Source: Malacoraja senta (Eukaryota). Taken from it: 64,000 nucleotides of DNA. The notes below the pieces were generated by a model. The model saw only the letters and a program-made list of their open reading frames with translations. It did not search any database and was not told the DNA's origin. The stretch is taken from NCBI GenBank assembly GCA_038087875.1, contig JAXLNO010002638.1, positions 1 through 64,000 of the forward strand, written 5' to 3'. Shown here piece by piece: positions 33,960 to 48,599 of this stretch; within the stretch, counting starts at the first letter, position 1, and each line of letters begins with the position of its first letter. The position numbers and the translations under genes are program-made.

Positions 33960-36900
33960 ATGTCACTGGTGACTATTTGACTTCAAGACACCGTCTAACT
34001 GTTCATAAAGTGTTGATAACACTTTTACACGCCTTAATCGTGAAAAGGATGGAGACAAGAAGGAAAGGAGGTTCCCCAAAGAAGGAACTGGGGAAAGCCA
34101 CAACCACAGCTGCATCTTCTGATTCCAGCATCATAGAACAATATCGAAAATGAACGATGAATTGAAAAATGAGCTGAAAAATGAAATTAAAACAAGATTT
34201 GGCAGTTTGGAAGAAATGGTGAAAGGAGTTTCGACCAAATTGAAGGAAGTCCAAGGAAAACTGTCTTTGTTACAAGATGAACTTCGTGAACAAAGGGATC
34301 AAATTGATATCTTGCGCACCCTGGGACAGGAGAGAGATTTGAAGATTGAAAAATTGGAACGGAGAATGAATGAAAACACTTCAGCAATACAAGTCTAAAA
34401 ATATGGACTTAGAAAACAGAAGCCGTCGTTTTAATTGACAAATTGTTGGTTTGCCGGAAGGCCAAGAAGGAGATAATGTTATAAAATATGCTTCTAAAAT
34501 GATAAAGGAAACATTCAACATTGAGCACAATGTAAACCTTCCGTTCATGGATAAGGCACATAGGATTGGGAAGAGATCCGGTAATAAACCGAGGCACTTG
34601 ATCATTCGGTTTCATTTTTTTCAAATGAAGGAGAATATTCTCCAGGCAGCAAAAACGGTTGGTGTGGTTGAATATGAAGGATGTAAGTTTCGGTTTGTCC
34701 CTGATTATAGTTACGAGCTTTTGGAAATAAGAAAGACTTTTTATAATGTAATGTCTGATTTGTATAAGAAAAACTGCGCCCAGCTTTATTATCACTAGCT
34801 AGATTGCGTATTCGGCTTTTCAATGGTAACTTTCGATTTTTTAACAGTCCTCAAGACACCTCCAGTTTTCTGAAGAGCTACGACTGATTAAGTTATAATT
34901 GGAGATTTACTGTTCCTATTTTGACATTTCGTTTGGTAATGATTAAGAATTTAACTGGACGAGTTGTTTTTCTTTTATATATATTCTTTTAAGAATTTCT
35001 TTGTTAATTCGTTAGACAAACTAAGAGAACGCAGTTCTTGTTTTTCATATCTTGACCTTGAATAATAATAAGCAGCATTCCATGCCAGTCTGTATTATTT
35101 TTTCTTCTCTCTCAAACAGATAATAACGAATGTGTTATGACGTAGTGGTTAAATATTATTCTTTTTATGCTGAGTGCTGTTACTGGGAGAGATGGGATTG
35201 GGGAGGGGATTAGGTAGCTTGCTGACTGTCTATTGGTCAGTTTGGGGTTCTACAGGGGTGGGAGGGGGGAAGGGGGGGGGGTCTTTTGTTCCCTATTTAG
35301 TGATCTCCATTTGTGCAAATTCTGAACTACAAAATTGGCTGAAATGTCGTCACGTCTGGCTCCGCCCTAGATTTTTCTTCTTCCAGTATTATGAACTTTT
35401 AGGCTTCAAGAAATTAACCCATTACATCCCACATGATTTTTTACAAGCAATATGGATAAAGTTACTCATTTCCTTTCATGGAATGTGAATGGCTTGAACC
35501 ATCCCATTAAGAGGATTTTTAAAAAAAAAGTTCTTCACAGACTAAATGCTCAGATTATCTTTGTTCAGGAAACTCATGTAAGGCAAGATGACAAGTCACG
35601 ATTTTTCAAGTTTTGGAGAGGACAGCAGTTTCATTCAAATTCACAGACTGAGGTGAAAGGAGTCTCTATTTTTATTGACTCCTCAATTCCGTTTGTTCAC
35701 CATGAAGCAATTTCTGATCCATATGGCAGATTCTTGGTGATTACCAGTGTCCTTTATAGGCAAAAAGTCATATGGTGAATGTCTATGCACCAAATATTGA
35801 TCACCCTGAGTTTTTTAAACAGTTAATTGCAGCCTTTCACAATTTAAATGAACACTTTTTAATAATGGGTGGAGACTTCAATTGCTGTTTGAATCCCTCG
35901 ATTGATAGGTCTACATCTGATCATGTGCTTCCAAATAAATCAGCTAATTTTATTCATTCTTTTTTACTTGACTCGGGAATGTTAGAAATTTGGAGATTCT
36001 TACACGCAAATGACAAAGAATTTTCCTTTTTCTCTCATGTATATCATAGTTATTCTAGGATCGACTATTTTATACTAGATTCTCGGCTAGTTCCATCGGT
36101 CATTGCATGTGAGTATGATACAATTGCTATTTCTGATCATGCACCATTGAAACTATTGATCAAACTACCAGATTCCAAGTTTAGTGCTAAACAATGGCGA
36201 TTTAATGCTACTTTGCTTCAAGACTTAAACTTTATTAAGTTTATGAAAGATCAGATTGCTTTTTACTTCTTGACAAACTCTAATGAAGAGATATCCAATG
36301 GTATAGTTCGGGATGCTTTTAAGGCATATATTCGTGGACAAATTATTTCATACTCCGCGGGATTAAAAAAACAAACACAAAAAGAAATATGCACATTGGC
36401 TGATGAGATTAAAGAAATTGATACAAAATATTCAAAAGCTCCTAGTTTAGAGCTCTATAAGAATAGAGTTGAACTTCAATTGAGATATGATTTGTTATTA
36501 GTATCACCGATTGAGAACCAGTTACTTAAAACCAAAAGTCAATTTTATATAAATGGCGATAAATCTGGTAAATTACTTGCTAATCAATTGAAAGCAGTGT
36601 CGGCCAAGCGTCAGATTACTAAAGTGAATAAACGGGATGGTACAGTAACTGTAGACCATGACGAAATTAATAAATCCTTTCAGGAATTTTATACCTCCCT
36701 ATACCAATCAGATTTTCATACTGATTCCAATATAATGCATGAGTTTTTGAAGAAACTGAACTTACCAAATTTACCATACAATGAGTCTCTGTTGTTAGAT
36801 GAACCCATCACGGAAGAAGAAATACAGAAAGCAATTTTTTCAATGAATTCTGGTAAAGCTCCCAGTTTAGGTGGGTTTACATTAGAATTTTTAAAGTATT

Positions 36901-39690
36901 TCTCAAATTTATTGTCTCCATGGCTATGCAAGGTATTCAAAGATGCCTTTTTAAGGAATAGATTACCACAATCTTTTTATGAAGCTTCTATTTCTTTAAT
37001 TTAAAAAAAGATAAAGCCCCTACTGAAGTGACATCATATAGACCTATATCAATGTGAAATGTAGATTTGAAAATTCGTTCCTAAATATTACCTATGAGAT
37101 TGGAAAAGATTTTACCGCAAATTATCTCTGAAGATCAGACAGGTTTTATTAAAAATCGTTACTCATTCTTTAATGTTAGGAGACTAATAAATATTGTATA
37201 TACAGCGTCTAATAAAACCCCAGAATGTGTCATCTCTCTTGATGCCGAGAAGGCTATTGATAGAGTAGAATGGAATACTTATTCAATATACTTGAAAAAG
37301 TTAAGATTGGTCCAAAATATATCTCTTGGATCAAGCTGATATATCTTACACCTCCGGCTTCTGTATTTACTAATAATCAGAGATCCCCTTTTTTCAGGCT
37401 CTTTCAAGGTACGAGACAGGGCTATCCCTTAAGTCCTTTAATATTTGATATTGCTTTGGAAACTTTAGCCACTGCTATTAGGGAATCCCCTAATATTTTT
37501 GGTATTGTCCGCAGGAATAAGACACATAAGCTATCTCTTTATGCAGATGATCTGTTATTATTTATTTCTAACCCTGAGAAATCTATTCCGGCAATAGTAG
37601 CATTACTTAATCAATTCAATAGTTTTTCTGGTTATAAACTAAATCTTAGTAAGAGTGAGCTTTCCCATTAAATAATTTTGTTTCGAGTTATGGACAGCTT
37701 CCATTTAGATTGACTACCAAAAGTTTTACTTATTTAGGTATTAAGATCATCAAGAAACACAAGGATTTATTTAAAGTTAATTTTATTACTTTAATTGACC
37801 ATATTAAACATCAGTTCACTAAATGGTCACCAATGTCCTTATCCTTAATTGGCCGAATCAATGCTATTAAAATGTTCATTTTACCTAAATTTCTGTAATT
37901 ATTTCAGACGATACCAATTTTTATTGCCAAATCTTTCTTTGATATTATAGACTCTAAAATTTCTTCATATATATGGCAGAATAAAAATCCCAGACTAGGT
38001 AAAAAATACCTACAGAAATCAAAAAAAGTTGGTGGTTTGGCTTTGCCGAACCTTAGACTCTACTATTGGGCAGTCAATGTTCGTTATTTAACATTTTGGA
38101 CAAAAGATTTAGAAGATACCCAATGCCCTGGATGGATAAACCTAGAATGTGATTCCTTACAAGGTCTATAATTGGCTTCTATTCTAGGGGCCTCGTTACC
38201 TTTTACAATTACGAGATTGAATAAATATATGATGAACCTAATAATAAGACATACGTTCCGAATACGGTTTCAATTTCATACGTTTTTTGGACTATCTGAT
38301 TTTATCCAAATTTCTCTTCCAACCATCTAGTACTGATCAAGTTTTTTTGTTATGGAAGAGGAAGGGATTAGTAGCTTTTCGTAATTTGTTTTTGGAGGGT
38401 TGTTTTATGTCTTTCGAACAACTCTCCAATAAATATAACTTACCTAATTCACACTTTTTTAGATATTTACAAATTAGACAAAAGGAACTACCCCTTTTTC
38501 CGCTACCAAATCAACCCGAAATTTTGGATTTTTTTTTACAGTTGAACCCTTATCAGAAAGGATTAATAACGACTAATCATGAGTTGATTTTAAAATTGCA
38601 AATAGATACATTTGATAAAATTAAGAATGACTGGGAAAGAGAACTCCAAATTTCTTTATCTATAGAGAAATGGGAGAGGATCCTTCAATTAGTTAATACC
38701 TCTTCAATGTGTGCAAGACACACTTTGATACAATTCAAGGTGGTCCACAGAGCTCATATGTCAAAAGATAAGTTAGCTCGTTTTTATGGTCATATAAATC
38801 CTACCTGTGACAGATGTAATTCTGAAGTGGCATTACTGACCCATATGTTTTGGTCCTGCCCTCTTTTGGAAAAATATTGGAAATACATTTTTGATTCTAT
38901 TTCGGTAGTCTTAGGTATAGATTTACAACCTCATCCTATTACTGCAATGTTTGGGTTACCAATGTTAGATTCTATTCATTTGTCCCACTCCGCCCATCGG
39001 TTGATTGCTTTTACCACATTAATTGCCAGAAGATTTATTTTCTTTAAATGGAAAGATTCCAACCCTCCGACCGCACTCCAGTGGTATTCTGAAACGATAT
39101 CATGTTTAAATTTAGAAAAAATCAGAAGTGACATTGTTGAACCCTTGGTTAAATTTGATAAGACTTGGGGAAAATTTATAGAACACTTTCATACAACATA
39201 AATTGTTCCATCTTTAACCTTTATAAAAATTATTTTACCTTCATAGGGTGGTACGGACTTGACGACAAACAGACTTAAATTGTTGAATTTCTCAGTTCAG
39301 ATTCGGTTTTGCTCTGTTTTGTTTTATTTATTTATTTATTTTATTTGTATTCTTATTTTATTATTATCAATTTTTTTATTTATTTTTTTAGTTTAGGGGG
39401 GTTTTGTTTTTTCTTTTTCTTTTTGTCTTTTTATCTTTGCTTTTTTAAAACATTTATGTTTCCTTTTAAATATTTAACTACATTTACATAAAGACCGAGA
39501 GGTCTATATTCATTGTGTATTTTGACACTGGTCTCATATTAGTTTATACCTGTTATTAATGTGTTTAATCCTGATCCCTATGTATCAATATCATTGTTAT
39601 GTTTATCATTATTCTTTTTGCTCTGTTTTTTATGTTTTATTTTTGTTTTTGTTTTTTGGAAAAAAGCATTAAAAAGATTTTAAAGGAAAG
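33960..39690 (+). mobile_element. Near full-length decayed L1-clade LINE (ORF1 + ORF2)
   Basis: ORF1 remnants at 34040-34885 (coiled coil, GLPEGQEG, KAHRIG, FVPDYS). ORF2 remnants at 35470-39201 (SWNVNGLN, QETH, ISDHAP, DQTGF, LYADD, CDRC..HMFWSC). Many stops and frameshifts. Confidence 0.93.
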
Positions 39691-39694
39691 GTAT

Positions 39695-40210
39695 TGAATA
39701 AAAAAGTTGGGATGTTCTGCTACAGTTGTACAAGATGTTGGTGAGGCCACATTTGGAGTATTGTGTTAAGTTTTGGTCACTCCACTATCGGAAGGATGTC
39801 ATTAACAGGGCCTGTGATTCAGGGAGAGGATGAGAATGCTTGGACTTTAGTCCTTGGCACGCAAGAGGCTGAGGGGTGATCTTATAGAAGTTTATAAAAT
39901 CAAGGAGCATAGATAGATTGAATGCACAGAATCTTTTAACCAGCCTCGTGTAATCAAGAATTTAAGGTGAGAAGGAAACGAGTTACTCGGAACCAGAGGA
40001 AGTGGAAATATGGAAGAACATTCCAGGGGAAGGAGTTGAGGCAGGTATTAAAAAACATTTAGAGCACACTTGGACAGGTACATACTGTAGATACGAAAGG
40101 TTCAGTGAGATATGGGTCAATTGCAGGAAAATTGTAGTTTAAACATGGCATCTTGGTTGGCATGGCCAAGTTGAGGCAAAGGGCACATTTCCATGCCGTA
40201 TGACTCTATG
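39695..40210 (+). mobile_element. CR1 3'-end fragment
   Basis: LLQLYKMLVRPHLEYCVKFW..RLRGDLIEVYKI. Confidence 0.8.
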
Positions 40211-41039
40211 TCTCCATGGGCTTGAAAAGCCAATTCTTTTCCGTTGCACTGCTAAATGATAGTTAATCACCCTCACTAATAGTGACCACAATGGCAGACC
40301 CATGACCACGACTGGTTTACAGTGATAATAAGCTAACGATTGCCTCAGTTCAAATATGCATGTCGTTGATGTGCAATGACTAAATTGTTGCTGCATTCTT
40401 AGTTTTGGCAAGGTTCTGATCTGGGTGTTGGAGCTGTTAGACATCTTGATACCATGAAAGCAGAACCTCCGTTTCCGGAAATATACTTGCTGAATGGTGT
40501 CTCAGACCAGCAATGCCTGGGAACATTGTATTTTGAAGAGGAAATATTACACAACCAAGGCCAAGTGCTCGAGAAAGCTGCACGTCTGTTATTTCAATGA
40601 AAACTCTGCTCTTCATCCATCTTGACATTTTGATCACCCAGTTTAGTTTATAATATTGTATAACATTTGCAATCAATTCTCACAGTTTATGACATTGACA
40701 GCTGGCGTGAAGATGCATCAGTCAATACCTTCTGTCTTCCAATTTAGTTTATTTAATAGAAAGATAGAAACATAAAAAAAATAGGTGCAGGAATAGGCAA
40801 TTCGGCCCTTTAAGCCAGCACCGCCATTCAATACAATCATAGCTGATCATCCAAAATTAATACTCCGATCTGGCTTTCCCCCCATATCCCTTGACTCCCT
40901 TAGCCCTAAGAGCTAAATCTAACTCTCTCTTGAAAACAGTGATACAGTGTGTAAACAGGCCATTTGTGCCACCAAATCCATACTAACCAGCAATCACCCA
41001 TTCATAATAGATTTCCCATCCACCCCCTACACTGTCAGG

Positions 41040-42830
41040 GTGACTTACCGAGGATGATTACCTGCACACCTGCTCATCTTTGGGATATGGGAGGAAACCG
41101 GAGCTTCCTGAGGAAGCCCACATAGTCACAAGGAGAACGTGCAAACTCCACGTAGACAGTACCCGAGGTCCAGATTGAACCTGGGTCTCTGGCGTTGTGA
41201 GACAGCAGTTCTACCAGCTGCACTACCATGCTGCATTACGTACAAACTCTAAATCCTACACTGACTTTCCCTTCCACTTGTTATATTCAACACAATAACT
41301 CCTTTACACAGAAGGAAAGTGAACTGCAATTCATCACCAAAATATATCTTACAACAGTGTGATCACAGGCAAGAAACCAGTGATATAGATGACTGAATTT
41401 ACACTAAAACCCTGATCATCCAGCTCTCTTGGGATTTGGGAAATGGTAGATTTTAATGACTGCTGCATGTTACTCCAAACATACTTTAATTCGACTAATT
41501 TAAGCACTTGTTGAGCAAGTCAGTGGTTGAGGTGCATCTGTACACTACTATCAGACTTAAGCGGAGGAATACCCATTGTAATTTGCCTGAAGAGTCTCGA
41601 ACCAGATTGTCACCTATCCATGGTCTCCAGGGATGTTGCCTGACCTGCTGAGTTACTATAGCACTGTCCCTCACATGTCTTTCCCAATCTTATAAATCAA
41701 AAATAGTCAGCATCTTTCTACATCATAAAGAGTCATGGAAATATGCAGCATACAAACATGGCCTTTGTCCCACTGACCTGCACCAACCATTCATGTACAC
41801 TAATCCTATATTTGTCCCACATTCTCATCAGCTCTCCCCACATTGTATCATGCACAATCTAGGGGACAACTAACCTACCAAACAATGTTTTGGGGATGTG
41901 GGAGGAAACCAGAGCACCTGGGGAAACCCACATGGTCACAGGAACAACATGCAAACTCTACAGATACAACAGCCGATGTCGGTATTTAATTCAGGTCTTT
42001 GGCTCTGTGCTGTCCTGTTTCACATTGTAGTCCACCTGTCATGTTGTTGCTCATTCATTCGGCTTTCCACCTTGAACCATTTCTCCCACTACTCACATTC
42101 CCACTTAATTTGGAGTTTTCCAGCAACAGCGGCCTTGGTGGCAGCTACTGTGTGCAGCGGTAGAGTTGCTGCCTTACAGTGCTTGCAGCACCGGAGACCC
42201 GGGTTCGATCCCGACTACTGATGCTGTCTGTACAAAGTTTGTACGTTCTCCCCATGACCGCGTGGGTTTTCTCCGAGATCTAAGGTTTCCTCCCACACTC
42301 CAAAGACGTACAGGTATGTAGGTTAATTGGCTTGGTGTGTGTGTATAGGATAGCGTTAATGTGCGGGGATCACTGGTCAGCGCAGACTCGGTGGGCCTAA
42401 GGACCTGTTTCGTCACTGTATCTCTAAATTAAACTAAAACAAAACTAGTAAACGTTAAACTGCAACCAATCTGCCTCATAGCTGACTTGGATCATGAACA
42501 GTGCGAGCCCCCAACAGAGCAGCACAGTGTCACAACTCGTAGAGCTGCTGCCTCACAGCGACACAGACCCGGGTTCAATTTTGACCTTGAGTGCCATCTA
42601 TGTGGAGTTTGCACGTTCTCCGTGTAACCGCATTGGATCCCTCCAGGGGCTCCGGTTTCCTCACACATCCTAAGATGTGTCAGTTTATAGTTTAATTGGC
42701 CACTGTAAATTGCCCCTAGTGGGTGGGTGACTGGATGAGAAGGTGCAATGAGATAGAATTCATGAGAATAGGTGGTTGGTGGTTGGCATGGACACGGTGG
42801 GCCGAAAGGACTGCTTGCATGCTGTACTTT
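41040..42830. mobile_element. Cluster of four V-SINE copies (about 41040-41230 -, 41860-42010 -, 42140-42440 +, 42520-42830 +)
   Basis: Repeated gacccgggttcgatcc..ttctcc..ggtttcctcccaca..ccaaagacgt core. Confidence 0.75.
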
Positions 42831-43081
42831 TTAATGACTCATTGATATTTCTAGGATTTGGGGCAGTGAATCCATAATGTATAACATTTTTTTACACTGA
42901 ATTCACAATTTTTAAATATCTGATTATCAGAAACATTTAACAACAGCACAAAGACTAGTTGACAGTGGTGACTGTCGAGGCATTTCAGGTGTAGCTGCTG
43001 CCTTATCCTACTTGAGATCGATCATTTCTTCAAGCCCAATACCTTTACTAGCAACAGTGCATCACAATTTTTCCATCTTAC

Positions 43082-43186
43082 CTCTCCTCTTTTTTCTCCA
43101 CCAAACAATTACTGCCAAGACAATAGCCAGCAATATCAGCACACACACGGCAATAAGGCCTATGTGCCTGTCTTTCTTCCTGTTTC
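43082..43186 (-). CDS. MHC class I-like gene, transmembrane exon
   Basis: ttatttttcacaag| acceptor, (G)NRKKDRHIGLIAVCVLILLAIVLAVIVWWRKKRR, G|gtaag donor; 105 nt, phase 1-1, in frame with alpha3. Confidence 0.8.
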
Positions 43187-43254
43187 CTTGTGAAAAATAA
43201 GAATGCATAATTTTACAAATCAATTGTTAAGCTGTGCAGCTAAATAGATGGGCA

Positions 43255-43985
43255 CTGTCTGAAGACTTCAGAGTGAAGAAGGGTCTCGACCCGAAATGCC
43301 ACCTATTCCTTTTCTCCAGAGATGCTACCTGACTGCTGAGTTACTCCAGCATTTTGTGTCTATCTTTGGCACTTTTCAAGGTATATAAGATGATATGGTG
43401 TTTTGAATCACGGAGTTCTGCAGCATAGCAAAGGGACAATATATGTTTTGTACAACTCTATGATCTATGGCACCATCACAGCCACAACTTAATTCAAGAA
43501 AGAAGGTGATTTGGAAGCAGAAAGCTTTAACCCTATATAAACTAACATTTGTTTTGGGGAAAATGCTGGATTCCTTTCAATAATGGCAGAACATTTAAAT
43601 AATAACTAAACAATAAAGTGCTTTATCAGGGCATTAACAGGAAAATTGTAGAAAGAAAGAGATGCAAATACTGATTTACACAAAAGCTTTAGTTTAGTTT
43701 ATTGTCACATGTATTGAGGTACAGTGAAAAGCTTTTGTTACGTGCTAATCAGTCAGTGGAAAGAATATACATGATAGACACAAAATGCTGGAGTAACTCA
43801 GCGGAACAGGCAGCATCTCTGGCGAACATGGATTCATCACCTATTCCTTTTCTCCAGAGATGCTGGCTGATCAGCTGAGTTATTCCAGCAATTTGTGTCC
43901 ATCTTCGGTGTAAACCAGCATTTGCAGTTTCTTCTTACACATGGAGAGGTGACGTTTCGTTTTGGGACCCTTCTTCAAACTTTGT
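43255..43985. mobile_element. Penelope-derived palindromic repeats (two clusters, 43255-43370 and 43775-43985)
   Basis: Same family as 3462-3585; degenerate hammerhead cores. Confidence 0.65.
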
Positions 43986-44929
43986 TTGAGAAATTGATTT
44001 GAATTCTTTGAAAATGCAACAGGAACCCGTAGACAATGTATATTCGAGCAGCAGGTGTGCAGTCTAAAATTCAAAAACAAAATGATGGAAAAGCAGAATA
44101 GGTAACAAAATTGGAATGAGAAACAAAAGAAATACAATATATTGTAGAGATCCAAACGTCGTGAACAAATCAATGTTTTTTTAAAGAAATACAGTTTTGG
44201 CCCACTCGCGTTTAGTAAGGACTTGAGCAAAGTTCCTGCCGTTGTAATCGGGCACACCAGTTGACTGCCGATTAACTCATCACCAACTCCCACCAAAACC
44301 CTGTCACATGATAGTCCCAGCTCCCCTGACGATGGTTCTAGCAATAAGTGGCCTGACCACCAGATGTCGCCACAATATCTGGATTTTCATAAGATATCAA
44401 TCAAGTGTTGCAAAGGCTTATGACATTGGGGGTAATAATTAGCATGAATGGAAAAAAACAATTAAGAGCAAGCAGAGAGTTGTCTTAAAGGAGTGTTCAG
44501 GTTGGGAAACTGCAACTGCAGGTTGGGAATCAATGCAAGAAAGTGAACTACTTATCGTTGGTATTAAGAGCAGATGAAGGGATTGATGGCGCTGTAGCCT
44601 AGATTGCTGATGATACATAGATAGGTTGGAAATTAAGTTCCTGGAGTATGTCAACAGTTTTCAGAGTGAAACATCAGATTCCTTAGTTGTGCATTGTTCG
44701 AGGGGATCTTCAAAAGTGGACATTTGTGTAGGTTAGTGCAGCATACCTGGAATCAAACTACCACGATCGCTGTTTGTCAGGCAGTTATATTTTTCGTTGC
44801 TGAATCTGTAACTTGCGTCATGGAACTTATTTCATTAGGTTTTGTTTTATTAATGCCAAATGTTTCAAGATACAGTGCAAAGGTTTGTTTTGTATGCTAT
44901 CCAAACAAATGATAAAACTATACATAAAT

Positions 44930-47369
44930 ACAAACCTTAGCTAGAAGACTAAGCAAATATATTAGTAAATTGATAAACCCTGATCAAACGGGGTTTATAC
45001 CCAAAAGATATTCATTTAATAATTTGAGACGCCTGTTTAATATAATGTACTCACATAAAAAGGAAGAAAAAGACTTAGCAATTATTTCTTTGGACGCAGA
45101 GAAAGCATTTGATCAGGTAGAATGGCAGTATTTATACATAGTATTACAAAAATTTAATATGGGAGAGAATTTTATTGCATGGGTGAAATTATTATATGAT
45201 AAACCGATGGCAAGAATATTAACTAACAGCATGTTATCTCAAAAATTTCAATTATCAAGGGGTAATAGGCAGGGATGTGCTTTATCACCCCTGCTATTTG
45301 CCCTTATGATAGAACCTCTGGCTGAAAGTATAAGAAGCCATCCGAATATTCAGGGTTATAATACTAGGGACTCAAATAATAAAATTTCATTGTATGCAGA
45401 CGATATTTTGTTATATATAACAAATTCACAAACGAGTATACCAAATTTATTAAATTTAATAGAGGAATTTGGGTCCTTTTCAGGATATAGAATAAATTGG
45501 AACAAAAGTGAAATTATGACGTTAAAACCTCAAGAATCCACACACTTATTGAAATTCCCCTTTAAAATAGCAACAGAAAAATTCAAATATCTGGGTATAC
45601 AGATTACTAGAAAACATAAAGCTTTATTCAACGCTAATTTTATACCCTTAATAAATAAACTTAATATAATGATAAAATTTTGGAAAACACTCCCTTTATC
45701 ATTAATAGGCAGAATAAATGCTATTAAAATGAGCTTCTTACCACAGTTATTATACTTATTTCAATCTATACCAGTATATGTACCAAAACATTTCTTCTCT
45801 AAACTGAATGCTAATATTACTAATTTTGTTTGGGATTACAAATCACATAGAATTAAAAAAGAACACTTATGTAAACCAAAAGATGTCGGGGGACTTTCAC
45901 TCCCTAATTTTTTGTATTACTATTGGGCAATACATATTAAGAATATAATTTACTGGTTGGATAGTTCAACTCAACAGACAGAATGGATAAAAATGGAGAA
46001 AGAGGATTGTTATCCTTGTAATATAGGAACAATCCTCTTCTCCCCGAAAAAAATGAACAATACAATATATAAGAAAAACCCAATTATACAAGATACAATA
46101 AGAATATGGAAACAAATAAAACTATCCTTAAAATTAAGAAACCTATCATTGTTAACACCGATAGCGAATAATCCTTTATTTAAACCATCTATGATGGATA
46201 AAATATATAATCAATGGGAAAGTTTAGGAATTAAAAGGATCGGGGATATGTATGAAATGGGAGATTTATTATCATTTCAACAATTACAATTAAAATTTAA
46301 ACTGAAAAACACTCATTATTTTAAATATTTTCAGATTTGTAATTTTTTGAAGACATACATACAGGGATATCAAAAAATAACTCCTGATTTACTAGAAGAA
46401 GTAATGAATATAAAAGCTGATACACAAAAATTAATAGCATATTTATATAATAGTATCTTAAATATAGATTTACCTGTGACCGAGGTAATTAGAGAAGAGT
46501 GGGAACGGGAATTATTGATAAAAATTACGAAGGCTACATGGGAAAAGTATTTGACATACATTCACAAGTGTTCGATTAACGCAAGACATAATCTAATCCA
46601 ATTTAAAATTTTACATAGATTATATTACTCAAAAACAAGATTAAATAAATTTTATCCAAATATATCGCCCATTTGCGATAAATGTTTAATCCAAGAAGCA
46701 ACTATAACACACTCTTTTGTTTCTTGTATAAAACTTCATGGATTTTGGAGTGATATTTTCGAAATATTTACAAAATTATTTAAGACAAAAATGGAACCCA
46801 ATAATGAATTGATTATATTTGGGGTAATGGAAGACGGGAACAAATTGAGCTCATCTCAAAAGTCAATTTTTAATTATGGTTTAATAATAGCAAAAAAATT
46901 AATATTGAAATTTTGGAAAAATACACCAATACCAACGCTCAAAATGTGGATTGCAAGTATGTTGGATACCGCACATCTTGACGAAATGCGATTCCTCCTA
47001 ATAGATAAATTTGACCAATTCATAACGAGTTGGTCTCCATTTGTCGTCTTTTTGGAAACGTATGGTGCAAAACAGGTGTAAAAGCTAATCCGTGACTGCG
47101 GATGGTCAAGATTATAAATGATCTCCTTCTATTTTCTTTTCTTCTTTTCTTTTCATTTATTCTCTTTCTTCTATTTTCTATGTCTCAACTTTCTTATTTC
47201 ATTCTTTATTTTTCTTTTTCACACACTATATATCTCACATTTTTCTATTTTTCATTATCTAACTTTTTTCTTTTTCTTCTTTATTTAAAAAAATTTAAAA
47301 AATAAGAAGCTGTACATAAAAGGTATTATGAAAATATGATTGTATACAATTGTACTTACTTCTAAAGAA

Positions 47370-47400
<31 letters not shown>
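44930..47400 (+). mobile_element. 5'-truncated L1-clade LINE with uninterrupted RT/C-terminal frame
   Basis: 703-codon ORF 44970-47081 (PDQTGF, SLDAEKAFD, RQGCALSP, LYADD, ICDKC..HSFVSC), T-rich 3' UTR, poly(A) at about 47365-47400. Confidence 0.95.
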
Positions 47401-47569
47401 ACAATAGATAGAGCAAAGAGGAGGATACAGAGTACAGAATATCGTTCTCAGCATTGTAACGCATCAGTTCCATGGACATTGTTCAATGTGCAATGAGGTT
47501 GCGGTGAATCGGGCATTAAACCTACATTATGGAAGGACCCTTCCGAAGCCTCTTAACAGATGGAAAGGG

Positions 47570-48000
47570 GGTGTTCCTGAGTGGCAGTGTATACTTTCAA
47601 CTTCCTGTACCTATTGCATGATGGGAGCAGGAAGGAGGAATGACCGGGGTGGGATAAGTCTCGTTTTCCAAGGCAACCTGGTGTAGACTGAATCAATAGT
47701 GGGAAGTCTGGGCTGTGTGATGATCTTTAACTCTTTGTATATTCTTGCAGTCTTGGGCAGTGCAGTTCCCAAATCAAGATGTGATGCAACCCAACAACAT
47801 GCTTTCTCTAGCAGCATCAATAGATGTTTGCTAGAGTCACCAGAGACATGATGAATATTCTCAGTCTCCTGAGGAAGTAGAGATGTTGGTGTGCCTCCTT
47901 GGCTATGTGGCCAGTCCATGACCGAATATTGGATATATTCATGCCAAGGAACATGAAGCTCTCAATCATTTCCACTTCGGACCATTGATTTGGATTGGGG
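47570..48000 (-). mobile_element. Rex1-like LINE fragment
   Basis: LGTALPKTARIYKELKIITQPRLPTIDSVYT, degenerate Rex1 C-terminus. Confidence 0.6.
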
Positions 48001-48332
48001 CATGTACTCCCCCAGTGCCTTGCTGTTAATCATATCATGAGGAAAGATTCATTTTTTATTTAAACATACCTTTCATGGATTTCAGTTCCACCACTGAGAA
48101 TCTCAAATACTCCTTCCTTGTATATTAGTTATTTATTTACTTTTGATAAATTTTCTGTTGACAAAGTCTTCTGCTCATGTGGAGAGTGGGTGCTGATTAT
48201 GTGATTGCTTAGAGCAACACCACTAAACAAAGAAAGTTTAAGCATCTTGGAATATGGGATGTAGTCACAATGATTAAAATGGAAACAACAGAAGATAATG
48301 ATTATCTATGAAAGAATATTTAACGTTCTTAC

Positions 48333-48599
48333 CCCAGATGATGGTCTTCCCATCGGGCAGGCTGCTGTGATCGACATGACAGGAATACTGTTTCCCATCA
48401 TACGGATCATACTCAAGGACAGACTTTAGATGATATGTTCCATCGTTGTTGGGTATGACCCCAGAAGATTTGGTCTCAGGGACATGTTGACCATTCTGCA
48501 ACCAGCTGACATTGATGGCTGGTGGGTAAAATCCAAACACAGTGCAGTACAGGACTGAATGATCATCAGGGCGGGCAGCGAGAGTGACCTCAGGGGAAA
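48333..48599 (-). CDS. MHC class I-like gene, alpha3 (Ig C1-set) exon
   Basis: cttactgtcttgtag| acceptor; (V)SPEVTLAARPDDHSVLYCTVFGFYPPAINVSWLQNG..PNNDGTYHL..YSCHVDHSSL..W; TGG G|gtaag donor; 267 nt. Confidence 0.93.

Noticed and set aside
40139-41320. Candidate cytoplasmic-tail exons of the MHC-like gene (AG sites near 40445 and 41310)
   Set aside because: Weak acceptors and no recognisable homology; they cannot be chosen without transcripts.
44905-47410. Possible TSD of the young L1 (aaacaaatgata / aaacaatagata)
   Set aside because: Imperfect and A-rich, so not distinguishable from chance.
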